Counted from the stretch's first letter, positions 9,162 to 21,347 are shown. The stretch is DNA of 64,000 bases from Rhodoferax ferrireducens (GCF_049302455.1 NZ_JBAQMD010000118.1:47031-111030); one strand, 5' to 3'. Numbers and translations are program-made. Notes: a model not told the origin generated them from the letters alone.

Positions 9162-9560
9162 ATGCACACTGCCTTAACCCCCGCACCCCAATCCCTCATT
9201 GGCCTCATTCAGGCCCAGCAATCGGCCCTGGGCCTAACCGATCGTGAACTGTGTGCAGCGGTCGGGTTTGAGCGGGAAATCGTTTTGAAGTTGATTAAAG
9301 CTGGCACCATGCACATGCCGCTTAACAGGGTTCCGGCACTTGCGGCAGCGCTCGAACTCGATCCAGTCGAACTGCTCACGGTTGCCCTGCGTGAATCAGA
9401 CCCGGTGCTGCTGCAGGTCATTGAGGAAAAGTTCAATCCCCTCTGCTTGACCTCCACCGAGCAAAACCTGATCAAGCACCTGCGCGAGCTGTCTGGCAAC
9501 ACTGTGGGCGCGCCAATCGTGTTTCCTGGCAACGGCGTCATCGCACTGGTGGCGGTATGA
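9162..9560 (+). CDS. Hypothetical HTH-like protein (paralog A)
   Basis: ORF 9117..9560, with ATG 9162 preferred (ggag 7 nt upstream). It is collinear with the next ORF: LTDRELCAAVGF..IVLKLIKAGTMHMPLNRVPALAAALELDPVELLTVALRESDP against VDLQKALDY..VIAMIKSGGMKLPAGKAVIAAKLLEVDPVFLLAKVVAESDP. Confidence 0.5.
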   Translation: MHTALTPAPQSLIGLIQAQQSALGLTDRELCAAVGFEREIVLKLIKAGTMHMPLNRVPALAAALELDPVELLTVALRESDPVLLQVIEEKFNPLCLTSTEQNLIKHLRELSGNTVGAPIVFPGNGVIALVAV

Positions 9561-10057
9561 GCATGAGCGAAGACAAGGTACCGACCGCATTGAGCTTCCG
9601 ACTGCGTGACCACCGCTTCACTGCACTGCCCGTCAAGGATATTCTCAAAACCCGAATGAAGGATCTGGGCATCAAAAACGTCGATCTACAGAAGGCGCTC
9701 GACTACCCCATGCCCAACGTCATCGCCATGATCAAGTCGGGTGGCATGAAGCTGCCCGCGGGCAAGGCGGTGATTGCTGCCAAGCTGCTTGAGGTCGATC
9801 CTGTGTTTCTGTTGGCCAAGGTCGTTGCAGAAAGCGACCCATCACTGTGGGACGCGATTTCCGAGGTCATGGGCGAGCACCTCATCACCGCCAACGAACT
9901 CGATCTGCTCAAACTGGTGCGAGAAGGGCTTGATGGCCACGATGTGAACCTGGCCGAATCGCCCGAATTCATTCAGGCCATCACACCAGCCCTCAACGCG
10001 ATCGTTGAACGGCAGAACGAATTGGCTCGGGCTGCCCTCAATCGCAACGACGACTGA
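9557..10057 (+). CDS. Hypothetical HTH-like protein (paralog B)
   Basis: 166 aa. An ATGA overlap with paralog A suggests translational coupling. Clear paralogy to the preceding ORF. Confidence 0.55.
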   Translation: MSMSEDKVPTALSFRLRDHRFTALPVKDILKTRMKDLGIKNVDLQKALDYPMPNVIAMIKSGGMKLPAGKAVIAAKLLEVDPVFLLAKVVAESDPSLWDAISEVMGEHLITANELDLLKLVREGLDGHDVNLAESPEFIQAITPALNAIVERQNELARAALNRNDD

Positions 10058-10113
10058 TCCAACCCGATGAACATGAACTTGCCCTCATTGACTTGGCGCT
10101 TTAGGAGCCGCTG

Positions 10114-10629
10114 ATGGATACCGACATTGACGCCGTGTTTCGCACACCCCCGGTTGATGGCATCGAATTTCTTCCAAAAACGCCGGGCGTTTACGCAATG
10201 CTGAACCGAGCCACGCGAATGGTGAACATCGGGCAGGCGGAGAACATCCACAGACGGTGTGTGATGCACCGCAGCCAATTACGCGCCGGCACTGCACCCA
10301 ACCTGCGCATGCGGCGGGACGCGAAGAGGTATGGTGCCGACGCCTATTCTTACTTCACCCTGGAGGAGCTGGTGATTGGCCCGAACACGAAGATCAAGCG
10401 CGAACTGAACAGACTCGAACTTTGGTGGGTGGTGCAGTTCCAAGCCCACGTCGAGCAATTTGGCTATGTCGCCGAAGCGGGTCGTTGTCGCACCAGGGGC
10501 GCGCGGTTTCGGGATCGTGAGCGAAAACTTATGCGCCCCAGCAGTGGAAAATATCAATTGTTGCCGAGGGTAGACCTCTGCGATCCGATCCAACAGGCGC
10601 TTTTGGATAGCTGGGTTCCTGGCAGTTGA
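10114..10629 (+). CDS. GIY-YIG domain protein (putative nuclease)
   Basis: 171 aa. GVYAMLNRATRMVNIGQAENIHRRCVMHRSQL fits the GIY-(10-11 aa)-YIG..R..H spacing, with N replacing the second Y. A downstream LELWWV glutamate is present. Confidence 0.55.
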   Translation: MDTDIDAVFRTPPVDGIEFLPKTPGVYAMLNRATRMVNIGQAENIHRRCVMHRSQLRAGTAPNLRMRRDAKRYGADAYSYFTLEELVIGPNTKIKRELNRLELWWVVQFQAHVEQFGYVAEAGRCRTRGARFRDRERKLMRPSSGKYQLLPRVDLCDPIQQALLDSWVPGS

Positions 10630-10910
10630 CACATGGCCATCAGAGGATTCTGTTGATTGCGAAAGATCACCGGGTGTGCGATTGGCGTGGCATTCAGGAC
10701 GCTCGTGTGAGGGTCAACCTTATGCCCAAAATGCCAATCGGGTTCCGCTGGTGGCCCTCGTTGCCAGATTTTTCCAGGCTGGTGAGAAAGTGCTTATAGA
10801 GCCATGCCCGTGGTGAAATGGGCTTTGCGTTGGGAAATCACCACCTGACCTGAAGCGAACGTAGCGCTTATTCACGAAGAGCAAGTGCAAATTCGCGTCA
10901 AAAGCGATGG

Positions 10911-11300
10911 TCATGGCTGCTTGCCCTGCTGCCGATCGACCTTGCGCTGCTCACGCTCGTAGGCATCCTTTGCGGCGTTGAACTTGACGGCCGTCGGCTC
11001 TGCCATGCGGCTGACCAGTACAACCTCACGCTCTTGCGCGCGGCAGCCTATGTGGCCCAGCGGGTTTTTGAAGACTTCATTGATGCAGTCCTCATGCTTG
11101 CGCTTTGCTTCCTCGTACAGGACCAAGTAAGGCGCAAGCTGCGTCTGCTGGTACTCAAATTCAGCCTTCAGGTCAGCCAAGGTGTCAGGCGGCGCCGGCT
11201 GCTGCACCACCGGCTTTGCCTTCCTCGGCGGCTTGGTTTGGGCTTGCGCCAGCGCACAAGCAAGGCCGAGCGCCACGATCAAAAGTTTCCGTTTCATCAA
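10911..11300 (-). CDS. Secreted hypothetical protein
   Basis: 129 aa with signal peptide MMKRKLLIVALGLACALAQAQ. The mature part is charged and helical-looking. It is the only clear minus-strand gene in the island interior. Confidence 0.55.
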   Translation of the reverse strand: MMKRKLLIVALGLACALAQAQTKPPRKAKPVVQQPAPPDTLADLKAEFEYQQTQLAPYLVLYEEAKRKHEDCINEVFKNPLGHIGCRAQEREVVLVSRMAEPTAVKFNAAKDAYEREQRKVDRQQGKQP

Positions 11301-11558
11301 AGTTCTCCTTAGTCAAAATCACTGGGGCGATGTCCCGCTGGTAACATTTTTTCGACCCGTCTGCCTCTTCGTGCACCAGCTAACCGTCTTGAAGCCGATC
11401 ATCAAATTTGCGCGGAATTTTAAGTGTTGCATAACCTTCACCCGGCGTGGTTCAAGCACGGGAGGACTCCTTCGGGCCGAAAGGCTCCGATAGCCTGTTT
11501 GAGCCGCATAATCCAAAAAAGCGAATCAAGAACAATCTGACAGGGAAAACGCATCGAC

Positions 11559-13101
<1,543 letters not shown>

Positions 13102-13112
<11 letters not shown>

Positions 13113-14328
13113 TGCGACAGTTCTCCCACTTGAGGACTGTCTTGATGCTCTCATCGACTACCGTGGCAAAACGCCGGTCAAGACAGACTCTGGCATCCCA
13201 CTGATTACCGCAAAGGTCATCAAGGGCGGCCGAATTGAAACACCAACCGAGTTCATCGCAAAGGATGCGTACGCCACTTGGATGCGTCGTGGCATTCCCA
13301 AAGAGGGTGATGTCGTCTTGACAGTTGAAGCTCCGCTCGGTGAAGTCGCACAACTGGGTCCAGAAAAGATTGCCCTCGCCCAGCGCGTGGTGACCTTGCG
13401 TGGAAAGTCGGGGCTGCTTGACAGCACCTACCTGCTCTACCTGCTGCAAACGGATGAAATGCAGTCTCAGCTAAAGTCTCGTGCCACTGGCACAACTGTT
13501 CTTGGCATCAAGCAGAGCGAATTGCGAAAGGTGACGCTGACCTTGCCACCGTTTGAGCAGCAATTGGTTGCAGCGGCGACGTTGAAAGCCCTCGACGACC
13601 GCATCACCCTCTTGCGCGAAACCAACGCCACGCTCGAAGCCATCGCCCAGGCGCTGTTCAAGTCGTGGTTTGTCGATTTCGACCCCGTCCGCGCCAAGAT
13701 GGAAGGCCGCGCCCCCGAAGGCATGGATGAGACTACGGCGGCGCTATTTCCACATGGGTTTGAGGAGTCGGAGTTGGGCTTGGTGCCGAGGGGGTGGCGG
13801 ACGGCTCGACTTGACGAGTTCATGGAGTTGGCTTACGGAAAGGCATTGAAGTCCACTGACCGCATTCCAGGTGAAATTCCCGTGTACGGTTCTGGCGGCA
13901 TCACGGGCCACCACAATGAAAGCCTTGTAACTGGCCCATCGATCATCATTGGTCGCAAGGGTACTGTCGGTAGCTTGTATTGGGAAGATCAACCGTTCTT
14001 TGCTATCGACACAGTGTTTTACCTTCGCACAACTATTCCGATGACGTACTGCTTCTACCTGTTGAAGACACTCGGCCTAACGGGGATGAACACCGATGCA
14101 GCGGTGCCAGGCTTAAATCGAGGCAACGTTTATCGATTGACGACACCCTTTCCCGATGCAGCGGTATTAAGTGCGTTTGATGATGTAGTCGGCGTAATTA
14201 GGAAACAAGTTTTCCGCAATAGCCAGCAAGCTCAAACCCTCGCCACCCTGCGCGACACCCTGCTTCCGCGGCTGATCTCGGGGCAGTTGCGTTTATCTGA
14301 TACCTCCATGAAGGATCAAATTTCATGA
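13102..14328 (+). CDS. hsdS: Type I restriction-modification system, specificity subunit S
   Basis: 408 aa, overlapping the hsdM stop. Two target-recognition halves are separated by the conserved central helix ([19 protein letters not shown]). C-terminal conserved helix [19 protein letters not shown]. Confidence 0.9.
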
Positions 14329-14777
14329 ACCTCTGGTGCTATCTCAACCGACTGGGGCTGAATGACTGGATCGCACTATGGGGTGCCTTACTTTCAACAG
14401 TGTTGGCTGTAATCAAAATCATGGATTGGTGGCGCGATCGCGACAGGTTGGAGATTGACTTCTCAAGCACATCCGATGAGTCAGTCGGCAACTCCATCAT
14501 CATTCGCAACCTTTATGCCAAGCCAATCATCATTACTCATTGGGAACTGTTCTTTGCTCACAATCGGCGAGAGTTACGTGAGTGTGAATTGATCGAGTCT
14601 GCCGATTTCGATTTTCACGACCAGACTGTTGGTGCGAATGCATCCATTGTGTGGCGCTTCTGTGACGCACATTACTTCAGCACTTCAGACAAGGTGCTTC
14701 ACGGAAGGTCCATATATTTGAAGCTGTGCATTGCTGGTCGCCAGAAAGTTACCCGCAAACTCTATCCTTACCACTGA
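14325..14777 (+). CDS. Hypothetical membrane-anchored protein embedded in the hsd operon
   Basis: 150 aa with an ATGA overlap to hsdS. One N-terminal TM helix (WIALWGALLSTVLAVIKIM). No recognisable motif. A hand-counted 60-nt line gives about 48% GC. Confidence 0.55.
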   Translation: MNLWCYLNRLGLNDWIALWGALLSTVLAVIKIMDWWRDRDRLEIDFSSTSDESVGNSIIIRNLYAKPIIITHWELFFAHNRRELRECELIESADFDFHDQTVGANASIVWRFCDAHYFSTSDKVLHGRSIYLKLCIAGRQKVTRKLYPYH

Positions 14778-14790
14778 ATCTACCTCCGCC

Positions 14791-15738
14791 ATGAAAAAGC
14801 CACTCAGCAAGTTACAGCGCGTTCCACTGCGCGAAGCCTGGAAGCACGAAGCCAACGACTTCACGCCATGGCTGGCAGAGGCTGAGAATCTCAACGCTCT
14901 TGCAGACGCCCTGGAGTTGGGCAGCCTGGAGTTGGTGGCATCCGAACATTGGGTGGGTGACTTCAAGCTGGACATTCTTTGCACCAACGGTGAAGACCAG
15001 GTGATCATCGAAAACCAGCTTGAGAAGACCAACCATGGCCACTTGGGGCAAATCATCACCTACGCTGCCGGCATCGGGGCCAAGAAGGTGATTTGGGTCG
15101 CAGAGACATTTCGACCAGAACACATTGCTGCACTGGAGTTTTTGAACCAGAACACGACGGAAGACCTGAACTTCTTTGCCGTTGAAGTTGAACTGTGGCG
15201 CATTGGTGATTCGCCTTTCGCGCCCAAGTTCGAGGTGGTGGCCCGACCCAATGAATGGGCCAAATCGGGCCGCGAGCAGGCGCGAGTAGCTTCAACTTCA
15301 ACGCCCACCAAGCAAAGGTTGCTCAAGTTCTGGAGCGCATTGAACGAGTACCTGACCATACACGCTCAGAACATTCGCCCGCAGAAGCCGCAGCCTCAGC
15401 ATTGGCTGAACAACTCAATCGGTCGCGCAGGGTTTGGACTAAATCCAACTGCCAGCCATCGCGACCGTCGCTTGGGCGTCGAGGTCTATATCCACCATGC
15501 CGACTCCAAGCAGCATTATCACGCTCTGCTGGCACAGAAGGAGGCGATCGAAGCCAAGCTCGGATGCAAGTTGGATTGGCAGGAGTTACCCGATGCCCAC
15601 TCATGTCGCATCGCAGCGTGGCGTCACGACTGCCCTTTGGAAGATGAAGTCCGCTGGCCTGATTACATCAAATGGTTCGCTGAGACTCTGGTCAAGATGA
15701 ATGCCGTGTTTAGACCGGCAATTCAAGCCCTCCCATGA
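14791..15738 (+). CDS. DUF4268-like protein (PD-(D/E)xK-like N-terminus), type I R-M associated
   Basis: ORF 14731..15738, with ATG 14791 ([28 protein letters not shown]) preferred. [30 protein letters not shown] is the D..E-x-Q/K nuclease-like core seen in DUF4268 proteins that ride in hsd operons. Its stop overlaps the hsdR start. Confidence 0.6.
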   Translation: MKKPLSKLQRVPLREAWKHEANDFTPWLAEAENLNALADALELGSLELVASEHWVGDFKLDILCTNGEDQVIIENQLEKTNHGHLGQIITYAAGIGAKKVIWVAETFRPEHIAALEFLNQNTTEDLNFFAVEVELWRIGDSPFAPKFEVVARPNEWAKSGREQARVASTSTPTKQRLLKFWSALNEYLTIHAQNIRPQKPQPQHWLNNSIGRAGFGLNPTASHRDRRLGVEVYIHHADSKQHYHALLAQKEAIEAKLGCKLDWQELPDAHSCRIAAWRHDCPLEDEVRWPDYIKWFAETLVKMNAVFRPAIQALP

Positions 15739-18700
15739 CCGAAGATCAGCTCGAACAGGAAGCATTGGGCTGGTTGTCCGATGTGGGCTACACCCATGCC
15801 TTCGGCCCCGACATCGCCCCGGACGGCCCCACGCCCGAGCGCGCCAATTACCATCAGGTTGTCTTGACATTTCGCCTGCGTGAAGCGATCCGCAAGCTCA
15901 ACCCGGCCGTTCCCTCCGCTGCCCGCGAAGACGCCCTGAAGCAGGTGCTGGACCTGGGTATCCCGGCCCTGCTCAGTGCCAACCGGCACTTCCACCGCCT
16001 GCTCGTGGCCGGTGTGTCGGTGCAGTATCAAAAGGACGGCGAAACACGGGGCGACTTTGTGCGCCTGATCGACTGGGCCGCGCCTGCCAAAAACGACTGG
16101 CTCGCGGTGAACCAGTTTTCGATTCGCGGCCCGCACCATACGCGCCGACCCGACATCATCCTGTTCGTCAACGGTCTGCCCCTGGTGTTGCTGGAGTTGA
16201 AGAATCCGGCCGACCTGAACGCCGATGTCTGGAAAGCCTACGACCAGATCCAGACCTACATGGAACAGATCCCCGATGTGTTCCAAACCAACGAGATGCT
16301 GGTCATCTCGGACGGCACCGAGGCGCTGCTGGGTTCGCTCTCCGCAGACCCCGAGCGTTTCATGGCCTGGCGCACCATCGACGGCGTGACGCTGGACCCG
16401 CTGGGTGAGTTCAACGAGCTGCAAACGCTGGTGCGCGGCGTGCTGGCGCCCCAGCATCTGCTGGACTACCTGCGCTACTTTGTGCTGTTTGAAGATGATG
16501 GCGGCATCGTCAAGAAGATTGCCGGCTACCACCAGTTTCACGCGGTACGGCTGGCGATCACACAGGTGCTTGCGGCATCACGTCCCGGTGGCTCGCAAAA
16601 GGGAGGCGTGGTCTGGCACACACAGGGCAGTGGCAAAAGCATCACCATGACCTGTTTTGCTGCCCGCGTGATGCAGGAGCCGGCGATGGAGAACCCCACC
16701 ATCGTCGTCATCACCGACCGCAACGACTTGGACGGTCAGTTATTCGGTGTGTTCAGCTTGGCGCAAGACCTGTTGCGCGAGCAGCCGGTACAGGCACACA
16801 CGCGGCAAGACCTTCGCACATTGCTGGCGAACCGGCCTTCCGGTGGAATTGTGTTTGCCACGATCCAGAAGTTCATGCCGGGTGAGGATGAGGATATGTA
16901 TCCGGTTCTCTCTGACCGGCACAACATCGTGGTGATCGCCGACGAGGCGCACCGTACCCAGTACGGCTTCGAGGCCAAGCTCAAAACACGAAAAATCCCG
17001 CTCGCCCAGGCAGGTCGGGTGCATCTCGCTACCAAGGTCGAAGCGACTGGCAATGGTTTGGCGACGCCGCACCGCGCCGAATTTGCACCCCCGGCTTATG
17101 ACGCTGGCGGGGTGACCGAGCGCTACCAGGTCGGCTATGCCCAGCACCTGCGCGACGCACTGCCGCACGCCACCTTTGTCGCCTTCACCGGCACGCCGGT
17201 CAGCAGTACCGACCGCGACACCCGTGCCGTGTTTGGTGACTATATCCACGTCTATGACATGCAGCAGGCGAAAGAGGACGGTGCCACGGTCGCCATCTAC
17301 TACGAATCCCGCCTGGCCAAACTCAGCCTGAAAGAGGCTGACCTCCCCCTGCTCGACGAGGAAGTGGACGAGCTGGCGGAAGACGATGAAGAGAGCCAGC
17401 AGGCCAGGCTCAAGAGCCGCTGGGCCGCGCTGGAGAAGGTGGTCGGCGCCGAACCCCGCGTCGCCAGCGTGGCCGCCGATCTGGTCGCCCACTTTGAACA
17501 GCGCAACACGGCCCAGACGGGCAAAGCGATGGTGGTGGCGATGAGCCGCGACATCTGCGTGCATCTCTACAACGAGATCGTCAAGCTGCGCCCGGACTGG
17601 CATGACGCAGACCCCGAACGCGGGGCCATCAAGATCGTGATGACTGGCTCGGCCAGTGACAAAGCGCTGTTACGCCCGCACATCTACAGCGCCCAGACAA
17701 AGAAACGGCTGGAGAAGCGATTCAAAGACCCAACCGACCCGTTGCGCATGGTGATCGTGCGCGATATGTGGCTCACCGGCTTTGACGCACCCTGCGTTCA
17801 CACCTTGTACGTGGACAAACCGATGAAAGGCCACAACCTGATGCAGGCCATTGCCCGGGTCAACCGCGTCTTCAAGGACAAGCAGGGCGGCCTGGTGGTG
17901 GACTACATCGGCATCGGCAGCGAGTTGAAAGCCGCCATGAAGGAGTACACGGCCAGCCAGGGTCGTGGGCGCCCCACCGTCGACGCGCACGAGGCGTACA
18001 GTGTGCTGATGGAGAAGATGGACGTGCTACGCGCCATGCTGCACGGCTTTGATTACAGCGGATTTCTCACGGGTGGTCACAAGACGCTGGCGGGTGCAGC
18101 CAATCATGTGCTGGGCCTGAAGACAGGTGAAACCCGGGATGGCAAGAAACGCTTTGCCGACGCGGCTCTGGCGATGAGTCAAGCCTTCACCTTGTGCTGC
18201 ACGCTCGATGAAGCCAAAGCGGTGCGCGAAGAGGTCGCTTTCATGCAGGGTGTCAAGGTCATCCTGACCAAGAAGGAGACCTCGGCCAAGAAGCGCACCG
18301 ACGAGGTCCGTGAGCTGGCCATCCGGCAGATTATCAGCCAGGCAGTGGTCTCCGAGAGCGTGGTGGACATCTTTGACGCGGTGGGCCTGGACAAACCCAA
18401 CATCGGCCTGCTGGATGATGAATTCCTGGCACAGGTGCGCAACCTGCCGGAGAAGAACCTGGCGGTTGAGTTGCTGGAACGCCTGCTCGAAGGCGAGATC
18501 AAGAGCCGGTTTGCCGGCAACGTGGTGCAAAACCGCAAGTTCTCCGAGCTGCTGGCCAACGTCATCACCCGCTACCAGAATCGGTCCATCGAGACCGCGC
18601 AGGTGATGGAGGAACTGGTCGAGATGGCGAAGAAGTTCCGTGATGCGGCAACGCGCGGTGAAACCCTGGGCCTGAGCGAAGACGAGGTGCGCTTCTATGA

Positions 18701-18956
18701 CGCGCTGGCCAACAATGAATCAGCGGTGCGCGAGTTGACTGATGAAACGCTCAAGAAGATCGCCCACGAGCTGACCGAGAACCTGCGTCAGAACCTGAGT
18801 GTGGACTGGTCAGAGCGTGAAAGCGTGCGGGCCAGACTGCGTTTGATGGTCAAGCGCATTCTTCGCAAGTACAAGTACCCGCCCGATTTACAGGATGCGG
18901 CGGTCGAGCTGGTGCTGCAGCAGGCGCAGGTCATGGGGGAGAGTTGGGTGCAATGA
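15735..18956 (+). CDS. hsdR: Type I restriction enzyme, endonuclease/translocase subunit R
   Basis: 1073 aa. N-terminal nuclease region ([19 protein letters not shown]), helicase motif I HTQGSGKS and motif [12 protein letters not shown]-terminal HsdR idiom. Confidence 0.95.
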   Translation: MTEDQLEQEALGWLSDVGYTHAFGPDIAPDGPTPERANYHQVVLTFRLREAIRKLNPAVPSAAREDALKQVLDLGIPALLSANRHFHRLLVAGVSVQYQKDGETRGDFVRLIDWAAPAKNDWLAVNQFSIRGPHHTRRPDIILFVNGLPLVLLELKNPADLNADVWKAYDQIQTYMEQIPDVFQTNEMLVISDGTEALLGSLSADPERFMAWRTIDGVTLDPLGEFNELQTLVRGVLAPQHLLDYLRYFVLFEDDGGIVKKIAGYHQFHAVRLAITQVLAASRPGGSQKGGVVWHTQGSGKSITMTCFAARVMQEPAMENPTIVVITDRNDLDGQLFGVFSLAQDLLREQPVQAHTRQDLRTLLANRPSGGIVFATIQKFMPGEDEDMYPVLSDRHNIVVIADEAHRTQYGFEAKLKTRKIPLAQAGRVHLATKVEATGNGLATPHRAEFAPPAYDAGGVTERYQVGYAQHLRDALPHATFVAFTGTPVSSTDRDTRAVFGDYIHVYDMQQAKEDGATVAIYYESRLAKLSLKEADLPLLDEEVDELAEDDEESQQARLKSRWAALEKVVGAEPRVASVAADLVAHFEQRNTAQTGKAMVVAMSRDICVHLYNEIVKLRPDWHDADPERGAIKIVMTGSASDKALLRPHIYSAQTKKRLEKRFKDPTDPLRMVIVRDMWLTGFDAPCVHTLYVDKPMKGHNLMQAIARVNRVFKDKQGGLVVDYIGIGSELKAAMKEYTASQGRGRPTVDAHEAYSVLMEKMDVLRAMLHGFDYSGFLTGGHKTLAGAANHVLGLKTGETRDGKKRFADAALAMSQAFTLCCTLDEAKAVREEVAFMQGVKVILTKKETSAKKRTDEVRELAIRQIISQAVVSESVVDIFDAVGLDKPNIGLLDDEFLAQVRNLPEKNLAVELLERLLEGEIKSRFAGNVVQNRKFSELLANVITRYQNRSIETAQVMEELVEMAKKFRDAATRGETLGLSEDEVRFYDALANNESAVRELTDETLKKIAHELTENLRQNLSVDWSERESVRARLRLMVKRILRKYKYPPDLQDAAVELVLQQAQVMGESWVQ

Positions 18957-19046
18957 TGCGCCCTGATGACCTTGGCACCCGCAGCTCGGATCAGGTAAGG
19001 TCACGGTCCTCAAGGCCATCTTTTCTCGGCTGACCGGAAGAAGTGC

Positions 19047-21062
19047 TTATAGGTGAACTGTCGGCAACTCGTCATTCAGCGGCCCCATGTCCTCTCTATC
19101 GCGCCTGAACCCGTGTTTCGTTTTCAGAGCGAGTCCAACTCGATACAACCCATGTTCAATGTCGAACGGCGCAATCTCAGGCACAACATAAGTCAAACCA
19201 TTTACTAGGGCTGTCATCTCTGCCTTTGATGTCTCGGTGTAGTGCTCCCGATTTACATCTGCCGGCAACTTGTGCCCAATCACGGTATATCGAATGTAGA
19301 CCCGCAGCATTTCGTCGGCGCTTATCAACTCAGCTATCGGCACGCGGGCAAGCCCATTGTTCGCATTACGCCTGAAGTTGTGAAACACGCGGGTGTTGTC
19401 GCGCGGCATGCCCAAACCTTCCAACATGGCCGAAAACCGCCGGATCGCCTCCTTGGCGTAGCGTGCGGGCGTATTGGTGTAGCTAAGCTCGGCGAACACC
19501 CGCCGAAATCCCTTCTCGCGAAGCCGCCGGCAGTAATCTACAAACCCTAACTCAATGAGGCGTGCGTGAATCGGAACCACTCTGGCGCTTGCCGGCGTCT
19601 TAAGCGACTTGTCCGCAGTCTTGCGGTTAATGTCAATACACCAAACATCATCAATCAGCGCAACGTCAGTTAAATGCAATTGAGCCGCTTCACTGATGCG
19701 GCATCCCGCATAAAGTGCCAACAGGGGCATCCAGTATTCAAATGGTCGCCATGCTTGGTTGCCTTTTGTGACGTGAACACCGTTCCCAGTCTTGAAGTGG
19801 GTCTGCCCAAAAATCCGCGCAAGCTCATCGTCGGTAAAGGAACGCCGCCCTTCTTCTTCGTCATCCGCCTCAGACTTACGCTCAACCTCTATGGCCTCCG
19901 CTCGCGTCAGGCCAAGTTCATCGCGAACAGCACTCGCAAGATCGTCAGCGAGGTGCTTCTTTGTATGCAGCCAAGCAAATAGCCGGAACAACCAAAGCAT
20001 GCGCTCGCGCTGCATGTCGCGAGTCATCACCGGCCAGGCTCTACCGTCGGCCTTAAGCGCTTCGATGGTCTCCTTCATCGTCGCGCGCTTAATTTCCTTA
20101 GGCAAGTGATTTACCTTGCCGGGCAAGGTCTTGAGGGGACCATCTCGAAACGCCCGGATCGTGTCTGAATCAATTTCCGAAAGAGGCAGGTCACCCATGA
20201 ATTCTGCAAACAGCATGATCCCGGCCTTGCGCTGGCGTTGCTCAAATTTACTGGCAAGCGTCTTTGCCAAGCCTTCCTTGTCTGAGCAGTATGCGTCTAC
20301 CGCCTCAGAAAACCGCTTAGATGCCCATTTCCCATGCGCGGCAGGTTTAGCTTCAACCATCGCCTTTCGGGCGGCCTTCGCGTGTTCAATCGCATCCGAT
20401 GAAACGCCATGTGCCAATCGCCTGCGCTGCGTCTCAACATCGGCGACTAATACTTCGAGCCGCTGCACGGGCACCGTCATCACTGTGTCGGGCGCAAACA
20501 GCATCCCCGGGTGCCCCGGCAAATCGAATGCAACAATTTCCACAGATTGAAGACCATTAGCGAGCACCGCCGCCGCTACTCCCTTCACATCACTGAGGGG
20601 CAACATGTCGGTTCGGGTACGCTCAAGCGCACTCACTGGCATGGAATTTGGTTGGGGTATCACAACACCGCCAGACCGCCCAGCCATGGCATCGTTGGGT
20701 TCAAGCTCATCAAGTGCAACGTCGTAACCACGAACTTGTGACAGGCGACAGAAAAGTCTAAGGACGCCACCAGCAGCGGCCCGCAGAAAGTGATCCATGC
20801 CTATGCCAGACAAGCCCACAGCTTCGGCTAGAGGCACCCAACCACCGCTCGAAAGAACCGGCGACCCTTCAACGAGTTTGAGAACGTCAATAGTCATGGG
20901 TACAGACTCTAGCCGCAAAAGCTGGCCTCGCCAGTCTGCCAACAAGACAGCTGCAACCAACTTTGCAATGGCAAGCTCATGAGTTCGGCAGGATTGAATG
21001 AATTCACGACGGCCCGCTGTATCCCGCAGCCGCGCCGGGACGACAAGTCGTGCCCACCACAC
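19047..21062 (-). CDS. Tyrosine-type site-specific integrase (island integrase); native 5' end apparently frameshifted
   Basis: 671-aa ORF opening with GTG. The catalytic-domain residues are spaced as R (TPASARVVPIH), HxxR (HNFRRNA), H (VIGH) and Y (EHYTE). The N-terminus WWARLVVPARLRDTAGRREFIQSCRT matches the arm-type N-terminal domain of tRNA-island integrases. See the finding on the 8-bp duplication. Confidence 0.85.
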   Translation of the reverse strand: MWWARLVVPARLRDTAGRREFIQSCRTHELAIAKLVAAVLLADWRGQLLRLESVPMTIDVLKLVEGSPVLSSGGWVPLAEAVGLSGIGMDHFLRAAAGGVLRLFCRLSQVRGYDVALDELEPNDAMAGRSGGVVIPQPNSMPVSALERTRTDMLPLSDVKGVAAAVLANGLQSVEIVAFDLPGHPGMLFAPDTVMTVPVQRLEVLVADVETQRRRLAHGVSSDAIEHAKAARKAMVEAKPAAHGKWASKRFSEAVDAYCSDKEGLAKTLASKFEQRQRKAGIMLFAEFMGDLPLSEIDSDTIRAFRDGPLKTLPGKVNHLPKEIKRATMKETIEALKADGRAWPVMTRDMQRERMLWLFRLFAWLHTKKHLADDLASAVRDELGLTRAEAIEVERKSEADDEEEGRRSFTDDELARIFGQTHFKTGNGVHVTKGNQAWRPFEYWMPLLALYAGCRISEAAQLHLTDVALIDDVWCIDINRKTADKSLKTPASARVVPIHARLIELGFVDYCRRLREKGFRRVFAELSYTNTPARYAKEAIRRFSAMLEGLGMPRDNTRVFHNFRRNANNGLARVPIAELISADEMLRVYIRYTVIGHKLPADVNREHYTETSKAEMTALVNGLTYVVPEIAPFDIEHGLYRVGLALKTKHGFRRDREDMGPLNDELPTVHL

Positions 21063-21180
21063 GCCTCCACGCCTCCACGCCTGAAAAGATTCTGCATTTC
21101 ACCCACCTTTTGTAGCAAGGTGATGTAGCAGTCAGCACCGATTCCCAAAAGCCCTTGTAGATCAAGAAGTTGGGAGGTGT

Positions 21181-21256
21181 TGGTGCGGCTGGCGGGGATC
21201 GAACCCACGACCCTTGGCTTCGGAGGCCAATACTCTATCCACTGAGCTACAGCCGC
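21181..21256 (-). tRNA. tRNA-Arg (anticodon CCG), with encoded CCA
   Basis: The reverse complement GCGGCTG-TA-GCTC-AGTGGATA-GAGT-A-TTGGC-CTCCGAA-GCCAA-GGGTC-GTGGG-TTCGATC-CCCGC-CAGCCGC-A-CCA folds by eye as a 76-nt cloverleaf. The anticodon loop CTCCGAA gives CCG. Confidence 0.9.
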
Positions 21257-21347
21257 TTGCTGGAGCGTGCATTGTAGGTGCTTTCAGAGGGGGCGGCCGC
21301 TATAATCGCGACCTGCTTTTCAAGCCCCCCGATTTCCAGAGGACACC

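Noticed and set aside
15723-17603. Minus-strand ORFs of 272 and 287 aa (15723..16541, 16740..17603)
   Set aside because: Both are antisense to hsdR, whose helicase motifs are unambiguous. The composition is typical of antisense frames.
20909-21208. 99-aa minus-strand ORF spanning the tRNA 3' end and the integrase leader, and its counterpart 3608..3790
   Set aside because: Both simply read through the 27-bp att repeat (shared peptide GSIPASRT). The 20909..21208 frame also contains the displaced integrase ATG (MQNLFRRGG), which is treated in the frameshift finding. Neither is an independent gene.
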